Source of the DNA: an uncultured Gemmatimonadales bacterium
Lineage (GTDB): Bacteria > Gemmatimonadota > Gemmatimonadetes > Gemmatimonadales > GWC2-71-9
Assembly (NCBI GenBank): GCA_963828735.1
Contig: CAWHFW010000003.1
Coordinates: 160,001-224,000 of the forward strand
DNA: 64,000 bases
Direction: 5' to 3'
The translations under genes were made by a program, and so were the position numbers. The notes under the pieces were generated by a model. The model saw nothing but the letters and a program-made list of their open reading frames with translations, made no database searches and was not told the origin of the DNA. This document shows, piece after piece, positions 19,227-29,771 of this stretch (positions within the stretch are counted from its first letter, which is position 1; every line of letters starts with the position of its first letter).

Positions 19227-20588
19227 CTATTCGTAGGGTCGATCCTTCTGCGTGAGCACCCAATGCGACACCTCGGGGTACTTCTGAGCGGTCGGCTTGG
19301 GGAACTTCCGCACCATATCGCGCGCGGCCTCCTCGAAGGTGCCCTCCAGCGGGGTCGCCGGGGGCCGATTCTCTCCGAGCGGCATCGCCAGGTTGATCGA
19401 GAAGTCGGGGGCGATCGGCAGGTCCGCGCGCGGCGCCGACAGGTCCAGGACCGCCGACACGCTGCCGATGCCGCGCTGACGCCTGGTTTCGACCGCGGGC
19501 GAGTAGGGGATGCCCGGCGTGAACTTCTCGGCCAGCAGCTGGAGGACCGAGGTGTGATCGAGCAGGACGTGGGAGACGTGCCTGGGGCTCACCAGCGGCG
19601 ACACCACGTGCCCTGGCACCCGAACACCAAGGGACTCGAATGCCTTCGTGAACGTGGCGCTCGCAGGCGGCACGTAGGGAACGGCCGGGGGCGGGACGTG
19701 GTCCCAGAATCCGCCGTGCTCGTCGTACATGACGAGAAGCAGGGTGCGGGCCCAGCGGGACGGGTTGCGGGTGAGCGCATCATACACGTTGCGGAGGAAC
19801 AGCTCGCCCGGTCCCACCGGGGCGGGCGCATGGTCGTCGTTGGGGATGCCGCCGACGATCCGGGCCGCGTCGCCGTAGAGCGGCTCGACGATGATGACCT
19901 GGGGAAAGTCGCCCGGCTGCTCGGCGGCGACGTCGGGCGCGAGGCGATCGATGCCCCGGAAATTGGGCCCGAACGCCGCGGTCGAGCCGAGCAGCAGGAA
20001 GAAGGAGAGGCCCGAGGTGTAGACCCGCCAGCGCACGCCGTTCCGCTCGAGCCAGTCGATCACCAGAGGATCGTGCGGCGGGAGGAACCCGTTGCCGTCG
20101 ATGTAGCTCGTTCCGCTCCAGGCCATGAGCCGGTTGGGCTGCGTCCCGGCGGGCAGCGAGGCGAACCAGCGGTCGCACACGGCGAAGTTGTCCGCCAGAA
20201 AGCGCGACATCGGCACGTCCTCGGACCCGAAGAAGCCCAGGGGGTCGGGCTTGGTCGTGCGGTTGATGGGATAGGCGCCGAACCAGCTCCGGGCGAAGCC
20301 GTTCATGGCGTACGTGCCGGTGACCGCGCTCCGGTTGAGCTGGGTGGCGATGGCGCCGCGGTCGTGGGGCAGGTCGTTCGCGAGCTGATGATCGCGCATC
20401 TGGAACGGATAGTACGGCTCGCCCTGGTAGACGTTGACCCATGCGTCCCGCCTGAGCGGCGACGTGATCCCGTCCACATCCGAGCCGTTGGCATACCGAC
20501 CGTAGCTCAAGTGGCCGAGCATGTGGTCGAACGAGCGGTTCTCCAGCATGACGAGCACGATCGTGTCGATCAGGTCGAGGGCGCTCAT
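19227..20588 (-). CDS. Phospholipase C / phosphoesterase family protein
   Basis: VLVMLENRSFDHMLG, VCDRWF, TQPNR, DDHAP, YDEHGGFWDHVPPP, GVRVP..VSP, DHTSVL. Confidence 0.9.
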   Translation of the reverse strand: MSALDLIDTIVLVMLENRSFDHMLGHLSYGRYANGSDVDGITSPLRRDAWVNVYQGEPYYPFQMRDHQLANDLPHDRGAIATQLNRSAVTGTYAMNGFARSWFGAYPINRTTKPDPLGFFGSEDVPMSRFLADNFAVCDRWFASLPAGTQPNRLMAWSGTSYIDGNGFLPPHDPLVIDWLERNGVRWRVYTSGLSFFLLLGSTAAFGPNFRGIDRLAPDVAAEQPGDFPQVIIVEPLYGDAARIVGGIPNDDHAPAPVGPGELFLRNVYDALTRNPSRWARTLLLVMYDEHGGFWDHVPPPAVPYVPPASATFTKAFESLGVRVPGHVVSPLVSPRHVSHVLLDHTSVLQLLAEKFTPGIPYSPAVETRRQRGIGSVSAVLDLSAPRADLPIAPDFSINLAMPLGENRPPATPLEGTFEEAARDMVRKFPKPTAQKYPEVSHWVLTQKDRPYE

Positions 20589-21196
20589 GACGGCCCTCCC
20601 GCCCCGCACGCGAGGCTGATCCGGAGGTAGAGGTGCGCAGGCGGCGCCTGCGCCGGGTCGCCGGGCGTCTCGCCGGGGAGCATTCCAGCGCGGAGCTCCC
20701 AGGCGCCGCTCACGGGAAGGCCCTGCCAGGTGATGTTGCCGTCAGGTTCCGGGCCCACCACGTCCGCCTTCCCCGCGTGCCTCACCACCAGCGCCCGCCC
20801 CGAATCGGCAAACACCTCGTCGAGCCGGAGCGCGTCGGGCCAGACGTCCGGGCTCAGCGTATCGGCGGCGACGAGCGAATCCTTGCCGAGCAGACTGGTG
20901 TCGAACGCCAGCGCCGGCGTAGCGCTGGGCGAAAGCGTCACCACATCCATCGGGCTGTACGCGCGCTTGCCGCCTTTCTCGGCGACGAGAACGTAGGAGG
21001 TCGTGTCCGCCGTGGCGGTGCCGTGGCGGACAGCGAGGAGATGCGGAGTGCCGCTGGTCTTGAAGGTCATGCGCACGGTGTCGCCGGCGCAGACGCGGCG
21101 GGGGGTGACGGCGAACTCGGAAATCTTGGGGCCGCAGGCGGCGAGCAGCAGGATGGCGGCGGGGCCGGCGCGGCGGGGATCGGCTATGCGGGGCAA
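20585..21196 (-). CDS. Putative lipoprotein
   Basis: TTG start after GAGG, lipobox LLLAAC; stop overlaps the phosphoesterase ATG. Confidence 0.6.
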   Translation of the reverse strand: MPRIADPRRAGPAAILLLAACGPKISEFAVTPRRVCAGDTVRMTFKTSGTPHLLAVRHGTATADTTSYVLVAEKGGKRAYSPMDVVTLSPSATPALAFDTSLLGKDSLVAADTLSPDVWPDALRLDEVFADSGRALVVRHAGKADVVGPEPDGNITWQGLPVSGAWELRAGMLPGETPGDPAQAPPAHLYLRISLACGAGGPS

Positions 21197-21306
21197 GGTG
21201 GCCTCTGAGATCGGTCGGAGAACTGAACAAGGACTGCTCTCCAACATGGCCGGGAATGCCCCGCGCGGTCGAGGGCGCCGGCGGATCTTGTCCGTCCCCG
21301 GTCGTT

Positions 21307-23973
21307 TTACAGCCCGAGCCAGTAGCTCAGCTTCACCGCCAGCAGGTTGTCCGCCGGTGTCGTCCGCAGGCTCGCCCAATCCCGCCCGAGGTCGAAGTTC
21401 CCCACCCCGTCCGCCTCGTTGCTCCGGCTCTGCTGCCACACGAGAAAGAGCGTGGCGCCGGGACGGTACTCCCAGCGGAGCACGAGGTTGGCCCGGAGCG
21501 AGCGGAAGTTGAAGCTCTGGTCGGCCACCGTGAAGGGAGCGGCGGCGCCCGCTCCGTCTGGATCCACCGTGAACCCCCCGCTTCCGTCGGCGGCGATCGT
21601 CCCCTGATCGCGGCCGTACACGGCGAAGTCGTACGTCTTCGGCGCGCGGAGCTCCTTGTAGTCCGTGAACTCGTTCGCCGAGAGGAGCGGCTGGGCGTAG
21701 AACTGGAGGCTCAGGGTCGGCGTGAACGTCCAGCTGACCCGCGTCTCGAACCCCACCTCCGTCTGCTCGAGCTGGGCGAAGACGTAGCGGCTCCCGTAGG
21801 TCGCCGTCGCCAGCGGGTCCGCCTGGGTCTGCACGTACTGCGCGATCTGGTGATCGAACCTCACCGTGGGCGTGAGCGCGATCTGCAGGTTGGAGCCGGG
21901 ATTGAGCGTGAGCGACGGGGTGAGCGTCAGCCGGTGGGTCCCCGCCGTGGTCCAGAAGTAGTTGGTGCCGAGTCCGAACCGGTGGCGCCGCCGCGAGTCC
22001 GAGTCGATCTGGAGCGTCAGCTCACGTGCGGACGGCGCGAGCGTGAGCGGGCCGCCGCGCGTGAGATGGTCGTCGCTCGTGGTCGGGTAGAAGTCCGAGA
22101 TGAGCCTGGCCTCCCAGAAGTTCTTGAACCGGACCTCCTGGTTGAGCCCGATGTCGAAGGTGATGCGGTTCCAGTCGTAGTCCCACTCCTGGGTGGTGAA
22201 CACGTCCATCCGCCAATTCCGGAACAGACTGCCCGGCCGGTACTCGGCGTAGCCGATGTCGGTCGCCACGGCCCGCCGGTTGGTGAAGACCTCGGCGCCC
22301 ACGTCGTTGACCTCGTAGCCGGGGCTCTTGTCCTGCACGGTGACGCTGCCGAGCCAGCTGCCCGCGAGCTTGCTCAGGGAGACGACCCCGTTGTACCCCG
22401 CGAGCGAGGTGCGGGTCGTGTCCAGCGAGAAGTGCTCGGCGTCGGGCCGCTGGTAGTAGCGGGCCGGCGTGCGCTGGGTGGCGGTGATCGCGGCCGGGTC
22501 GCCCTGGACCACGCTCCCGGTCAAGAAGGCGTCGAGCGCCCAGCGCTGGCCGGCCCAGTAATGGTTGAGATCCACCCCACCGAGGTACGCCGACGAGCGG
22601 AGCATCGCGGCGAGGTCGGGGTCGTCGAGCCGGCGATCCACCGCGGTGACCAGGCCGCCGACCGCCGCGTTGCCGTCGGCCGACTCGTGACGGACCCGCC
22701 CCACGAAGTAATTGGAGAGCGGCTCGAGCGGCACCGTGTACTCCGCGCCGAGAGTGTCGACGTATCGGCCGCTCTCCTCGCGGGTCACGGCGTCGAGGAG
22801 CGCGACCGACCAGCCGGCGGCCGTCTTGCCGGTCAGCTTCACGGCGGCCGGGATGCGGCTCACGGGAGGCGCCTGGCTGTAGGCCAGGCTGTCGCCATCG
22901 AGACTTCGCTGGGGCGTCCGGCCGATGCGCCGCGAATTGAAGACCTGGGGAAAGCCGGCCACGTTCCAGGCGTTGACCTGGGCGAACGAGAACAGGCTAG
23001 CGCCCTCGAGGAAGAACGGCCGCTTCTCGTCGAAGAAGGTCTCGAACGCCGACAGATTCACGATCGCGGGGTCCACCTCCACCTGGCCGAAATCGGGATT
23101 GATGGTGGCGTCGAGCGACAGGTTCCCGCCCACGCCGAGCCTGAGATCGGCGCCACCGGTGGTGAAGTAGTCGCTGCCGTCGTGGAAGGGGTCACCGCTG
23201 CCGGGATGGGTGTACTCCCCCCGTCCCGTCACGTACGGTAAGGCCTCGAGGTGACGGGTGGCCGGCAGGTCCGCGAGCCCGGTGAGCCGGCCGAAGCGAC
23301 TCACGCTCACGTGCTCGGTCTTGGGCACGTAGGCGAAGACGTCCTCCTCGCCCCGGCGCTGGATAAAGCGGATGAACTGCACCCCCCACGTATCGTTGGC
23401 CCGGTTGAAGCGCACCTGCGACAGGGGAATGCGGAGCTCGGCCGACCAGCCCGAGCCATCGAGGTGGACCGCCCCTTCCCAGACCGGGTCGGGCGAATAG
23501 TCCACCTCGCCGTCCGACTGGAGGATCCCGTCCCGGCGGACGCCGCGCGGGTTCACCTCGAAGACGAACGCGGTGCGCCGATCGTACCGGGCGTCCAGCT
23601 CGACGGTGAACCGGTCACTCTCGCTGGTGGCGTCGCGGCGGGTGAGCAGGGCGCGGACCTGTGAGGGGTCGTGATCGGAGAGACGGGCGCCGATGTAGAG
23701 GGCGTCGCCGCCGAGGAGGACGCGGATCTCGGTCTGCTCGGTAGGAAGCGCGCCCTCGTCCGGGTCGCGCTGAGTCAGGCCGGTCGTGGGCACCGCCTCG
23801 GCCCAAGCAGGCTCGTCGAGGATACCATCGAGGTGAATGTCACCGTCGAGCCGCGCGGCGACGATCGAGGGCGCCGGCAGCGCGGAGGCCGTGTCCGGCG
23901 CCTGAGCGGCCAACCGGATCGACGGGCACAGCGCGACGAGCGCGCATGCCGTCAGGCCGGAGATGCGGCTCAC
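21307..23973 (-). CDS. DUF5916 / CBM9-like outer-membrane protein
   Basis: Signal peptide, LDGILDEPAW, GWSAELRIPLSQVRF, DATINPDFGQVEVD, EKRPFFLEG, SRRIG, NLVLRWEYRPG, KLSYW; start inferred. Confidence 0.85.
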   Translation of the reverse strand: MSRISGLTACALVALCPSIRLAAQAPDTASALPAPSIVAARLDGDIHLDGILDEPAWAEAVPTTGLTQRDPDEGALPTEQTEIRVLLGGDALYIGARLSDHDPSQVRALLTRRDATSESDRFTVELDARYDRRTAFVFEVNPRGVRRDGILQSDGEVDYSPDPVWEGAVHLDGSGWSAELRIPLSQVRFNRANDTWGVQFIRFIQRRGEEDVFAYVPKTEHVSVSRFGRLTGLADLPATRHLEALPYVTGRGEYTHPGSGDPFHDGSDYFTTGGADLRLGVGGNLSLDATINPDFGQVEVDPAIVNLSAFETFFDEKRPFFLEGASLFSFAQVNAWNVAGFPQVFNSRRIGRTPQRSLDGDSLAYSQAPPVSRIPAAVKLTGKTAAGWSVALLDAVTREESGRYVDTLGAEYTVPLEPLSNYFVGRVRHESADGNAAVGGLVTAVDRRLDDPDLAAMLRSSAYLGGVDLNHYWAGQRWALDAFLTGSVVQGDPAAITATQRTPARYYQRPDAEHFSLDTTRTSLAGYNGVVSLSKLAGSWLGSVTVQDKSPGYEVNDVGAEVFTNRRAVATDIGYAEYRPGSLFRNWRMDVFTTQEWDYDWNRITFDIGLNQEVRFKNFWEARLISDFYPTTSDDHLTRGGPLTLAPSARELTLQIDSDSRRRHRFGLGTNYFWTTAGTHRLTLTPSLTLNPGSNLQIALTPTVRFDHQIAQYVQTQADPLATATYGSRYVFAQLEQTEVGFETRVSWTFTPTLSLQFYAQPLLSANEFTDYKELRAPKTYDFAVYGRDQGTIAADGSGGFTVDPDGAGAAAPFTVADQSFNFRSLRANLVLRWEYRPGATLFLVWQQSRSNEADGVGNFDLGRDWASLRTTPADNLLAVKLSYWLGL

Positions 23974-24306
23974 CGTGAAGGCCCTCTCGGACACGCGTCG
24001 GAGATGCCGGGATCCTCTTGGGGGGTCGGTAATCCCTACGGGCCCTGCCCGGTCGGGTTCCATCGGCGACGGGCCCCGAAGGGCCGACGCACACGCGTGA
24101 TACGATCGGCGTGCCAGGAGACCCAGGGCAGGCACACTACACGTTCGGCAAGGTACCCCTCGCCGTTCCTCTCGCCTACGTTCACTTGAGGATCGCCGCG
24201 CCCCGGGGCGGACCGACTGTGAGCCCCGGCGCCGCCAGGCGATCCGACAGGTCCGGAATGTAGCCAGACGTACCCCGTCCCCAACGCCACCACAGGACGG
24301 CCCGAT

Positions 24307-25899
24307 GTGCCCCGGCGTGAAGATACGCGAATCGTGAAGGCGACCATCGCCACGAGGCTGGCCACCCTGGCCGTCCTGGCCTCATCGGCGTGCTCCCGAG
24401 CCCCGGACCGCGGCGACCCGGAGGTCGCGAGCGCGAACGCTGCGCCACACGACGAGACCGCCAAGGCCGACCGGGAGAGGCAGCCGGTCGTCTCCACCGA
24501 CACGTCGCCCTTCATCCGGCCGCTCGCCAAGACCTGGACCGGTGACCTCGATGGTATGATCGACCGCCGGGCCATCCGCGTCCTCATTACGCCCACACGC
24601 ACCCAGTACTGGATCGACAAGGGGCAACAGACCGGGGTCGAGTACGAGCTCCTCCAGGCGTTCGAGGGTTGGATCAACAAGAAGTACCGGGCCAAGCGGC
24701 ACGTGAACATTCACGTGGTCTTCATCCCCACGTCGCGCGCGGACCTGATTCCGGGCCTGCAGAAGGGGTGGGGAGACGTGGCCGCCGGGGTTCTGACCGT
24801 GACCCCCGAGCGGCTGGCGCAGGTGGACTACGGCGGCCCGCTGTATCGCAACCTCAAGGAGGTGCCGGTCACGGGCCCGCGGTCGCCAGCGATCGCCACG
24901 CTCGACGATCTTGCCGGCAAGAAGGTCGTCGTGCGCAGCTCGTCGAGCTACTGGACCCACCTGGAAGAACTCAACCGGCGCTTCGCGGCCGAGGGCAAGC
25001 CGCCGATCGTGCTGCAGGCGGCCCCGGAAGATCTGGCCGACGACGACCTGATGGAGCTGGCCAACGCCGGGCTGATCGGCGTCACCGTGGTCGATCGCTA
25101 CGCCGCGCGCCTCTGGAGCAAGATCTTTCCCCGGATCGTCGTGCACGACAGCGTCTTCGTGCACGATGGCGGCGACGTCGGCTGGATGATCCGGAAGGAC
25201 AGCCCGCTCCTCAAGACCGACATCGACGAGTTCGCCCGATCCCACGGACAGGGCACACTCCTCGGCAACACGCTGCTGAAGAAGTACACTGGATCGACCC
25301 GCTTCCTCCGGGACGCGATGTCGTCCAGCTCGACCGAGCGCTACAACCGGACCGTCGGCCTGTTCCGGAAGTACGGCGACGAGTACTCGCTCGACCCCCA
25401 ACTGATGCTGGCCCAGGGCTACCAGGAGTCGGGGCTGGACCAGACCCGGCGCAGCCGGGTCGGCGCGATCGGCGTGATGCAGATCATGCCGGCCACCGGC
25501 AAACAGCTCAAGGTGGGCGACATCAGCCAGCTCGAGCCGAACATCCACGGCGGCGTGAAGTACATCCGCTCGCTGATCGATCACAATTTCGCCGACCAGC
25601 CGATGGACGACCTCAACCGCACGCTGTTCGCCTTCGCCGCCTATAACGCGGGACCGACGCGAGTCCGGCGGCTGCGCGAGAAGGCGGCGCAGAGCGGGTT
25701 GGATCCGAACGTCTGGCGCAACAACGTGGAGCTGATTGCCGCGCGGGACATCGGCGCGGAGACGGTCACGTACGTCGCCAACATCTACAGGTACTACGTG
25801 GCGTACCGCCTCGCGATGGGCGAGCAGTCCGCGCGGAAGGACGCGCTGGAGCAGCTTCGCGGGCCGACGCCGGCACCAACGAAGAAGGACGCCAAGTGA
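24307..25899 (+). CDS. MltF-like lytic transglycosylase (periplasmic-binding + SLT domains)
   Basis: WTGDLDGMIDRRAIRVL, YQESGL, GAIGVMQIMP, AAYNAGP, ETVTYV.NI. Confidence 0.9.
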   Translation: MPRREDTRIVKATIATRLATLAVLASSACSRAPDRGDPEVASANAAPHDETAKADRERQPVVSTDTSPFIRPLAKTWTGDLDGMIDRRAIRVLITPTRTQYWIDKGQQTGVEYELLQAFEGWINKKYRAKRHVNIHVVFIPTSRADLIPGLQKGWGDVAAGVLTVTPERLAQVDYGGPLYRNLKEVPVTGPRSPAIATLDDLAGKKVVVRSSSSYWTHLEELNRRFAAEGKPPIVLQAAPEDLADDDLMELANAGLIGVTVVDRYAARLWSKIFPRIVVHDSVFVHDGGDVGWMIRKDSPLLKTDIDEFARSHGQGTLLGNTLLKKYTGSTRFLRDAMSSSSTERYNRTVGLFRKYGDEYSLDPQLMLAQGYQESGLDQTRRSRVGAIGVMQIMPATGKQLKVGDISQLEPNIHGGVKYIRSLIDHNFADQPMDDLNRTLFAFAAYNAGPTRVRRLREKAAQSGLDPNVWRNNVELIAARDIGAETVTYVANIYRYYVAYRLAMGEQSARKDALEQLRGPTPAPTKKDAK

Positions 25900-26025
25900 G
25901 GGCTACGCTGTTGCCCGGCGAGGGCGACGCCAGTGGCACCGTGTCCGCCTGGTGGCGGCCGGTCAAGCCCTAGCCAAATTCCCGACCCCTGCCCATCTTC
26001 CCGCGTCCCCACCCAAAGACGCTCC

Positions 26026-28719
26026 ATGCCCGAACTACTCGGCCGGCTCCAATCCGCCCTGGCGGACCGCTATCGTCTTGACCGCGAGGTCGGCGCCGGC
26101 GGCATGGCGACCGTCTACCTGGCGGAGGACGTCCGCCACGATCGCCGTGTCGCGCTCAAGGTGCTGCGCCCCGAGCTCGCCGCCGTGATCGGCGCCGAGC
26201 GTTTCCTGGCCGAGATCAAGCTCACCGCCAACCTCCAGCACCCGCACATTCTGCCGCTGTTCGACTCGGGCGAGGCCGACGGCTACCTCTTCTACGTCAT
26301 GCCGTTCATCGACGGCGAGTCGCTGCGCGACCGGCTCAACCGCGAGAAGCAGCTCCCCGTCCCCGACGCGGTGCGGATCGCCACCGAGGTGGCCTCGGCG
26401 CTCGACTACGCGCACCGGCACGGCGTGGTCCACCGGGACATCAAGCCCGAGAACATCCTGCTGCACGACGGCCGGGCCCTCGTGGCGGACTTCGGCATCG
26501 CGCTCGCGGCCAGCAAGGCGAGCGGCGCGCGCATGACCGAGACCGGCATGAGCCTCGGCACGCCGCACTACATGAGCCCCGAGCAGGCCATGGGCGAACG
26601 GGACATCACGGCCCGTTCGGACGTGTACGCGCTCGGTGCCGTGCTGTACGAGATGCTCACGGCCGAGCCGCCGTTCACCGGCGCCACGGCACAGGCCGTG
26701 GTAGCTCGAGTGGTGACCGAGAGTCCGCGGCCGCTCATTCCTCAGCGCCACACGATACCGCCGAATGTCGAGGCGGCGACGCTCACCGCGCTCGAGAAGC
26801 TCCCGGCTGACCGCTTCGCGACGGCCGCCGAGTTCGCCGAGGCGCTCGCCGGCCGGGGCTTCACGGCGGGCGCGACGGCGCCATCGGCGGCGGCGACGGC
26901 CAAACTACCTGCCGCCGGCCCCCCGGCCCGGCGCTCGAACGCGCCCATGGTGGGGGCGCTCGCCCTGGCGGCCGTGGCGACCGCCGCCGCCCTCTGGGGC
27001 TGGCTCCGCCCTGGCCCCGCGCCGGTGGTCAACCGCTACAGCCTTCTGCTCCGGCCCGCCGAAGGGCTTCGTCCCTCGGCGATCGCGGGCAACATCGCCA
27101 TCTCACCCGACGGCAACCGGATCGCCTACATCGGCCCTGCCGAGGGCGGCACCCGGCTCTGGCTGCGCGAGCACGACAAGCTCCGCCCCCTCCCGATCGC
27201 TGGCACCGACGGAGGCGTCAGTCCCTTCTTCTCGCCTGACGGCAGCCAGCTCGCCTTCATCGTCGGCGGACGATCCTTGCGGATAGCTCCGCTCGGCGGC
27301 GGCCCGCCGGTGACACTTTCCGACAGCCTCAACTCGTCCGGCGGCGACTGGGGAACCGACGGCTACGTCTACGTGGAGCTGCAGGAAGGGCTCGGGCGCA
27401 TTCGCGCTACGGGGGGACCGATCGAGGTGCTCTTCCGGCTCTCGGAGGAGCGGCACGAGGTCGGAGCGGAGTATCCCAACGTGATGCCCGACGGGAAGGG
27501 ACTCGTATTCCGGCGTCGCCTCTCCGGGCAACCGGCAAACGAGTTCGAGATCATGGAGATGGCGGTGCCGGCAGGCGTTCCGCGCCCGCTGGTTCGCGGC
27601 GTCTACGCCCGCTACGCATCATCGGGCCACCTGCTGGTCGTCACGAGCGACGGGAAGTTGCTCGCCATCCCGTTCGATCCGCGGAAGCGTGCCTTGAGGG
27701 GGGCGCCTGTCGCGGTAATGGACGGCCTGCTTCGCAGCGGACCGTTCGAGATGAACTTCGCGGTGTCCGCCACGGGGACGCTGGTGTATACGTCCGGCGG
27801 AAGCGCCGCCGCGAACAACGCCTGGTGGGTCAACCGCGATGGCACCGGAGCCACGCCCGTGGACTCGGCCTGGAATCCGCAGGGGAGCATCGGCGCGCTT
27901 GCCCTCTCGCCGAACGCCAAGTCGCTCGCGCTGACCGTGCTCCGTGGGGCGTCGCAGGACATCTGGGTCAAGCAGCTGCCCACGGGCCCGTTCTCCCGGA
28001 TCACCTTCGGCGACACGGTCCACTTCCGCCCGGCGTGGACGGCGGACGGGCGCTCGATCGTTTACATGAACGATCTAGGCTCCGGGGCCGGGCAGCCCAC
28101 GATGACGCGAGCCGACGGCACCGGGGCGCCCCGCGTGTTGTTGAACTCGTCCTTCCAATTCGCCCAGGCGTTCGAGACCGGCGACGGGCACTGGCTCGTG
28201 CTCCGCCGCTCGTTCGCAGAGGCTGGGAACGGAGACATCTACGCGGTCAAGACGGGCGACACGACACTCGTCCCGCTGCTCACGACGCCCGCGCGGGAGA
28301 TGAGCCCCGCCGTATCGCCCGACGGTCACTGGCTGGCATACGTCTCGGACGAGTCCGGGGCGAACGAGGTCTACGTGCGGCCGTTCCCGGACGTGGCATC
28401 GGCTCGATGGCAGGTATCGGTGAGCGGCGGGTCGCTTCCGGTGTGGGCCCGGAGCGGGCGCGAGCTGTTCTATGTGAACGGGCGCGGGGAGATGACGAGC
28501 CTTGAGCTCAAGCCGGGGCCGAGCTTCGCGGTCGGGGATCCGCGGGTGCTCTTCCCGACCGGTCCGTACGTGATGGCAGGGAACGCGGGGGTCTACGACG
28601 TGTCGCCTGATGGACGGCGGTTTCTAGTGGTGCGGCTGGCTGCCGGCGCGGGAGAGGTCGAGCTGGTGGTAGTACAGAACTGGTTCGAGGAGCTGAAGGC
28701 GCGGGTAGGAAAGAACTAA
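26026..28719 (+). CDS. Ser/Thr protein kinase with TM and TolB-like (PD40) beta-propeller
   Basis: GAGGMATVY, VALK, HRDIKPEN, DFG, GTPHYMSPEQ; SPDG repeats; VVQNWFEELK end. Confidence 0.95.
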   Translation: MPELLGRLQSALADRYRLDREVGAGGMATVYLAEDVRHDRRVALKVLRPELAAVIGAERFLAEIKLTANLQHPHILPLFDSGEADGYLFYVMPFIDGESLRDRLNREKQLPVPDAVRIATEVASALDYAHRHGVVHRDIKPENILLHDGRALVADFGIALAASKASGARMTETGMSLGTPHYMSPEQAMGERDITARSDVYALGAVLYEMLTAEPPFTGATAQAVVARVVTESPRPLIPQRHTIPPNVEAATLTALEKLPADRFATAAEFAEALAGRGFTAGATAPSAAATAKLPAAGPPARRSNAPMVGALALAAVATAAALWGWLRPGPAPVVNRYSLLLRPAEGLRPSAIAGNIAISPDGNRIAYIGPAEGGTRLWLREHDKLRPLPIAGTDGGVSPFFSPDGSQLAFIVGGRSLRIAPLGGGPPVTLSDSLNSSGGDWGTDGYVYVELQEGLGRIRATGGPIEVLFRLSEERHEVGAEYPNVMPDGKGLVFRRRLSGQPANEFEIMEMAVPAGVPRPLVRGVYARYASSGHLLVVTSDGKLLAIPFDPRKRALRGAPVAVMDGLLRSGPFEMNFAVSATGTLVYTSGGSAAANNAWWVNRDGTGATPVDSAWNPQGSIGALALSPNAKSLALTVLRGASQDIWVKQLPTGPFSRITFGDTVHFRPAWTADGRSIVYMNDLGSGAGQPTMTRADGTGAPRVLLNSSFQFAQAFETGDGHWLVLRRSFAEAGNGDIYAVKTGDTTLVPLLTTPAREMSPAVSPDGHWLAYVSDESGANEVYVRPFPDVASARWQVSVSGGSLPVWARSGRELFYVNGRGEMTSLELKPGPSFAVGDPRVLFPTGPYVMAGNAGVYDVSPDGRRFLVVRLAAGAGEVELVVVQNWFEELKARVGKN

Positions 28720-28834
28720 TCCACTCACCATGATCAGGTCGGCACGACTGGTCGCCGCGGTCTGGCTCGCAGGACCGAGGAAGTCTGGAGCATCGCGTTG
28801 CCGTGAGGCCGGAGCCTTGAGTGACGTTGGACAT

Positions 28835-28927
28835 GTCGGACGGCCTGACGGTTAGTCGGTGCCCGGGCAGACGTCTCCGTTCCATTGAAGGCGCCGACCG
28901 TCAGACTGTCAGGCCGTCCGACTGTCC
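28835..28927. repeat. 18-bp inverted repeat built from octamer tandem units, between convergent genes
   Basis: GTCGGACGGCCTGACGGT (28835-28852) vs ACTGTCAGGCCGTCCGAC (28905-28922), 17/18 complementary; CCGACCGT CAGACTGT CAGGCCGT CCGACTGT. Confidence 0.65.
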
Positions 28928-28930
28928 GGT

Positions 28931-29347
28931 CTACCTCGCCCCCAGCGCCCTCGCTGCCCGCGCATAGTCGCGCGGCTTCACCCACAAGAGCATGCCGTAG
29001 CGCCCCTGCCCTGCCGCGACGGCGTCGGCCGCCGTGACATTGATCTTCGCGTCCGCCAGCTTCTGCAGGTGGCGATGCACGGCACCCACCTGGTCGGCGC
29101 CCTGGATCAGAAATCCCTTCTTCACCTTGCTCAACCGCCACCCGTTCCGCCGCGCGACCCGGCGCAACGGCCCGATGTCCTCGACCACCAGATCGAGCTG
29201 CGACCTCCCCGCTCCGACGGGGAAGCCCGAGTAGGCGAGCAGGTTGATGCCCGCGCCGGTGATCTCGGCGAGAATGCGCGCGCCCTGGCCGGCGCGGTTG
29301 GGAACGATGGGATAGCAATAGTTGACCTTCTTCACCCGGTCCGGCAT
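28931..29347 (-). CDS. Hypothetical protein with two ACT-like repeats
   Basis: VPNRAGQGARILAEITGAGINL / GADQVGAVHRHLQKLADAKINV; AGGAGG RBS. Confidence 0.65.
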   Translation of the reverse strand: MPDRVKKVNYCYPIVPNRAGQGARILAEITGAGINLLAYSGFPVGAGRSQLDLVVEDIGPLRRVARRNGWRLSKVKKGFLIQGADQVGAVHRHLQKLADAKINVTAADAVAAGQGRYGMLLWVKPRDYARAARALGAR

Positions 29348-29461
29348 GAGCGCCTCCTGGTCGAGGTGGGATACCGCCGCTCTGGCTGCAGGCAACCTAG
29401 CGCGTCCGCCGGTGATTCGTCGGACGGTCAGCCAGAACGTTTATCTCCGCCCTCTCTCACG

Positions 29462-29770
29462 CTACACCCTCCCCCGCGTTTCCCCCAGCACGATCGCCTG
29501 GCCGACCAGGTGCGCCACCCGGAGCGCGATCCACACGCGCGCGCCGACCCGCGCGAGGATCAGGTTGCTCGGCACCTCGAACAACACGTAGCCGAGGAAG
29601 AAGGCCCCGGCGCCGAACCCGTACACCGCCGGGCTCAGACCGAGGTCGTGGTTCATCTGGAGCGCGGCGAAGCCGACGTTGACGCGGTCGAGGAAGCAGA
29701 CGATGTAGAGCAGGAACAGGAACGGCAGCAGGCGCCGGCTCACCTTCGCCGGCGCGGTCGGCGTGCTCAC
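29462..29770 (-). pseudogene. Truncated ACS-type MFS transporter (N-terminal about 80 aa only)
   Basis: RRLLPFLFLLYIVCFLDRVNVGFAAL...FFLGYVLFEVPSNLILARVGARVWIA, then similarity ends and a stop follows at 102 aa. Confidence 0.8.
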
Positions 29771-29771
29771 C

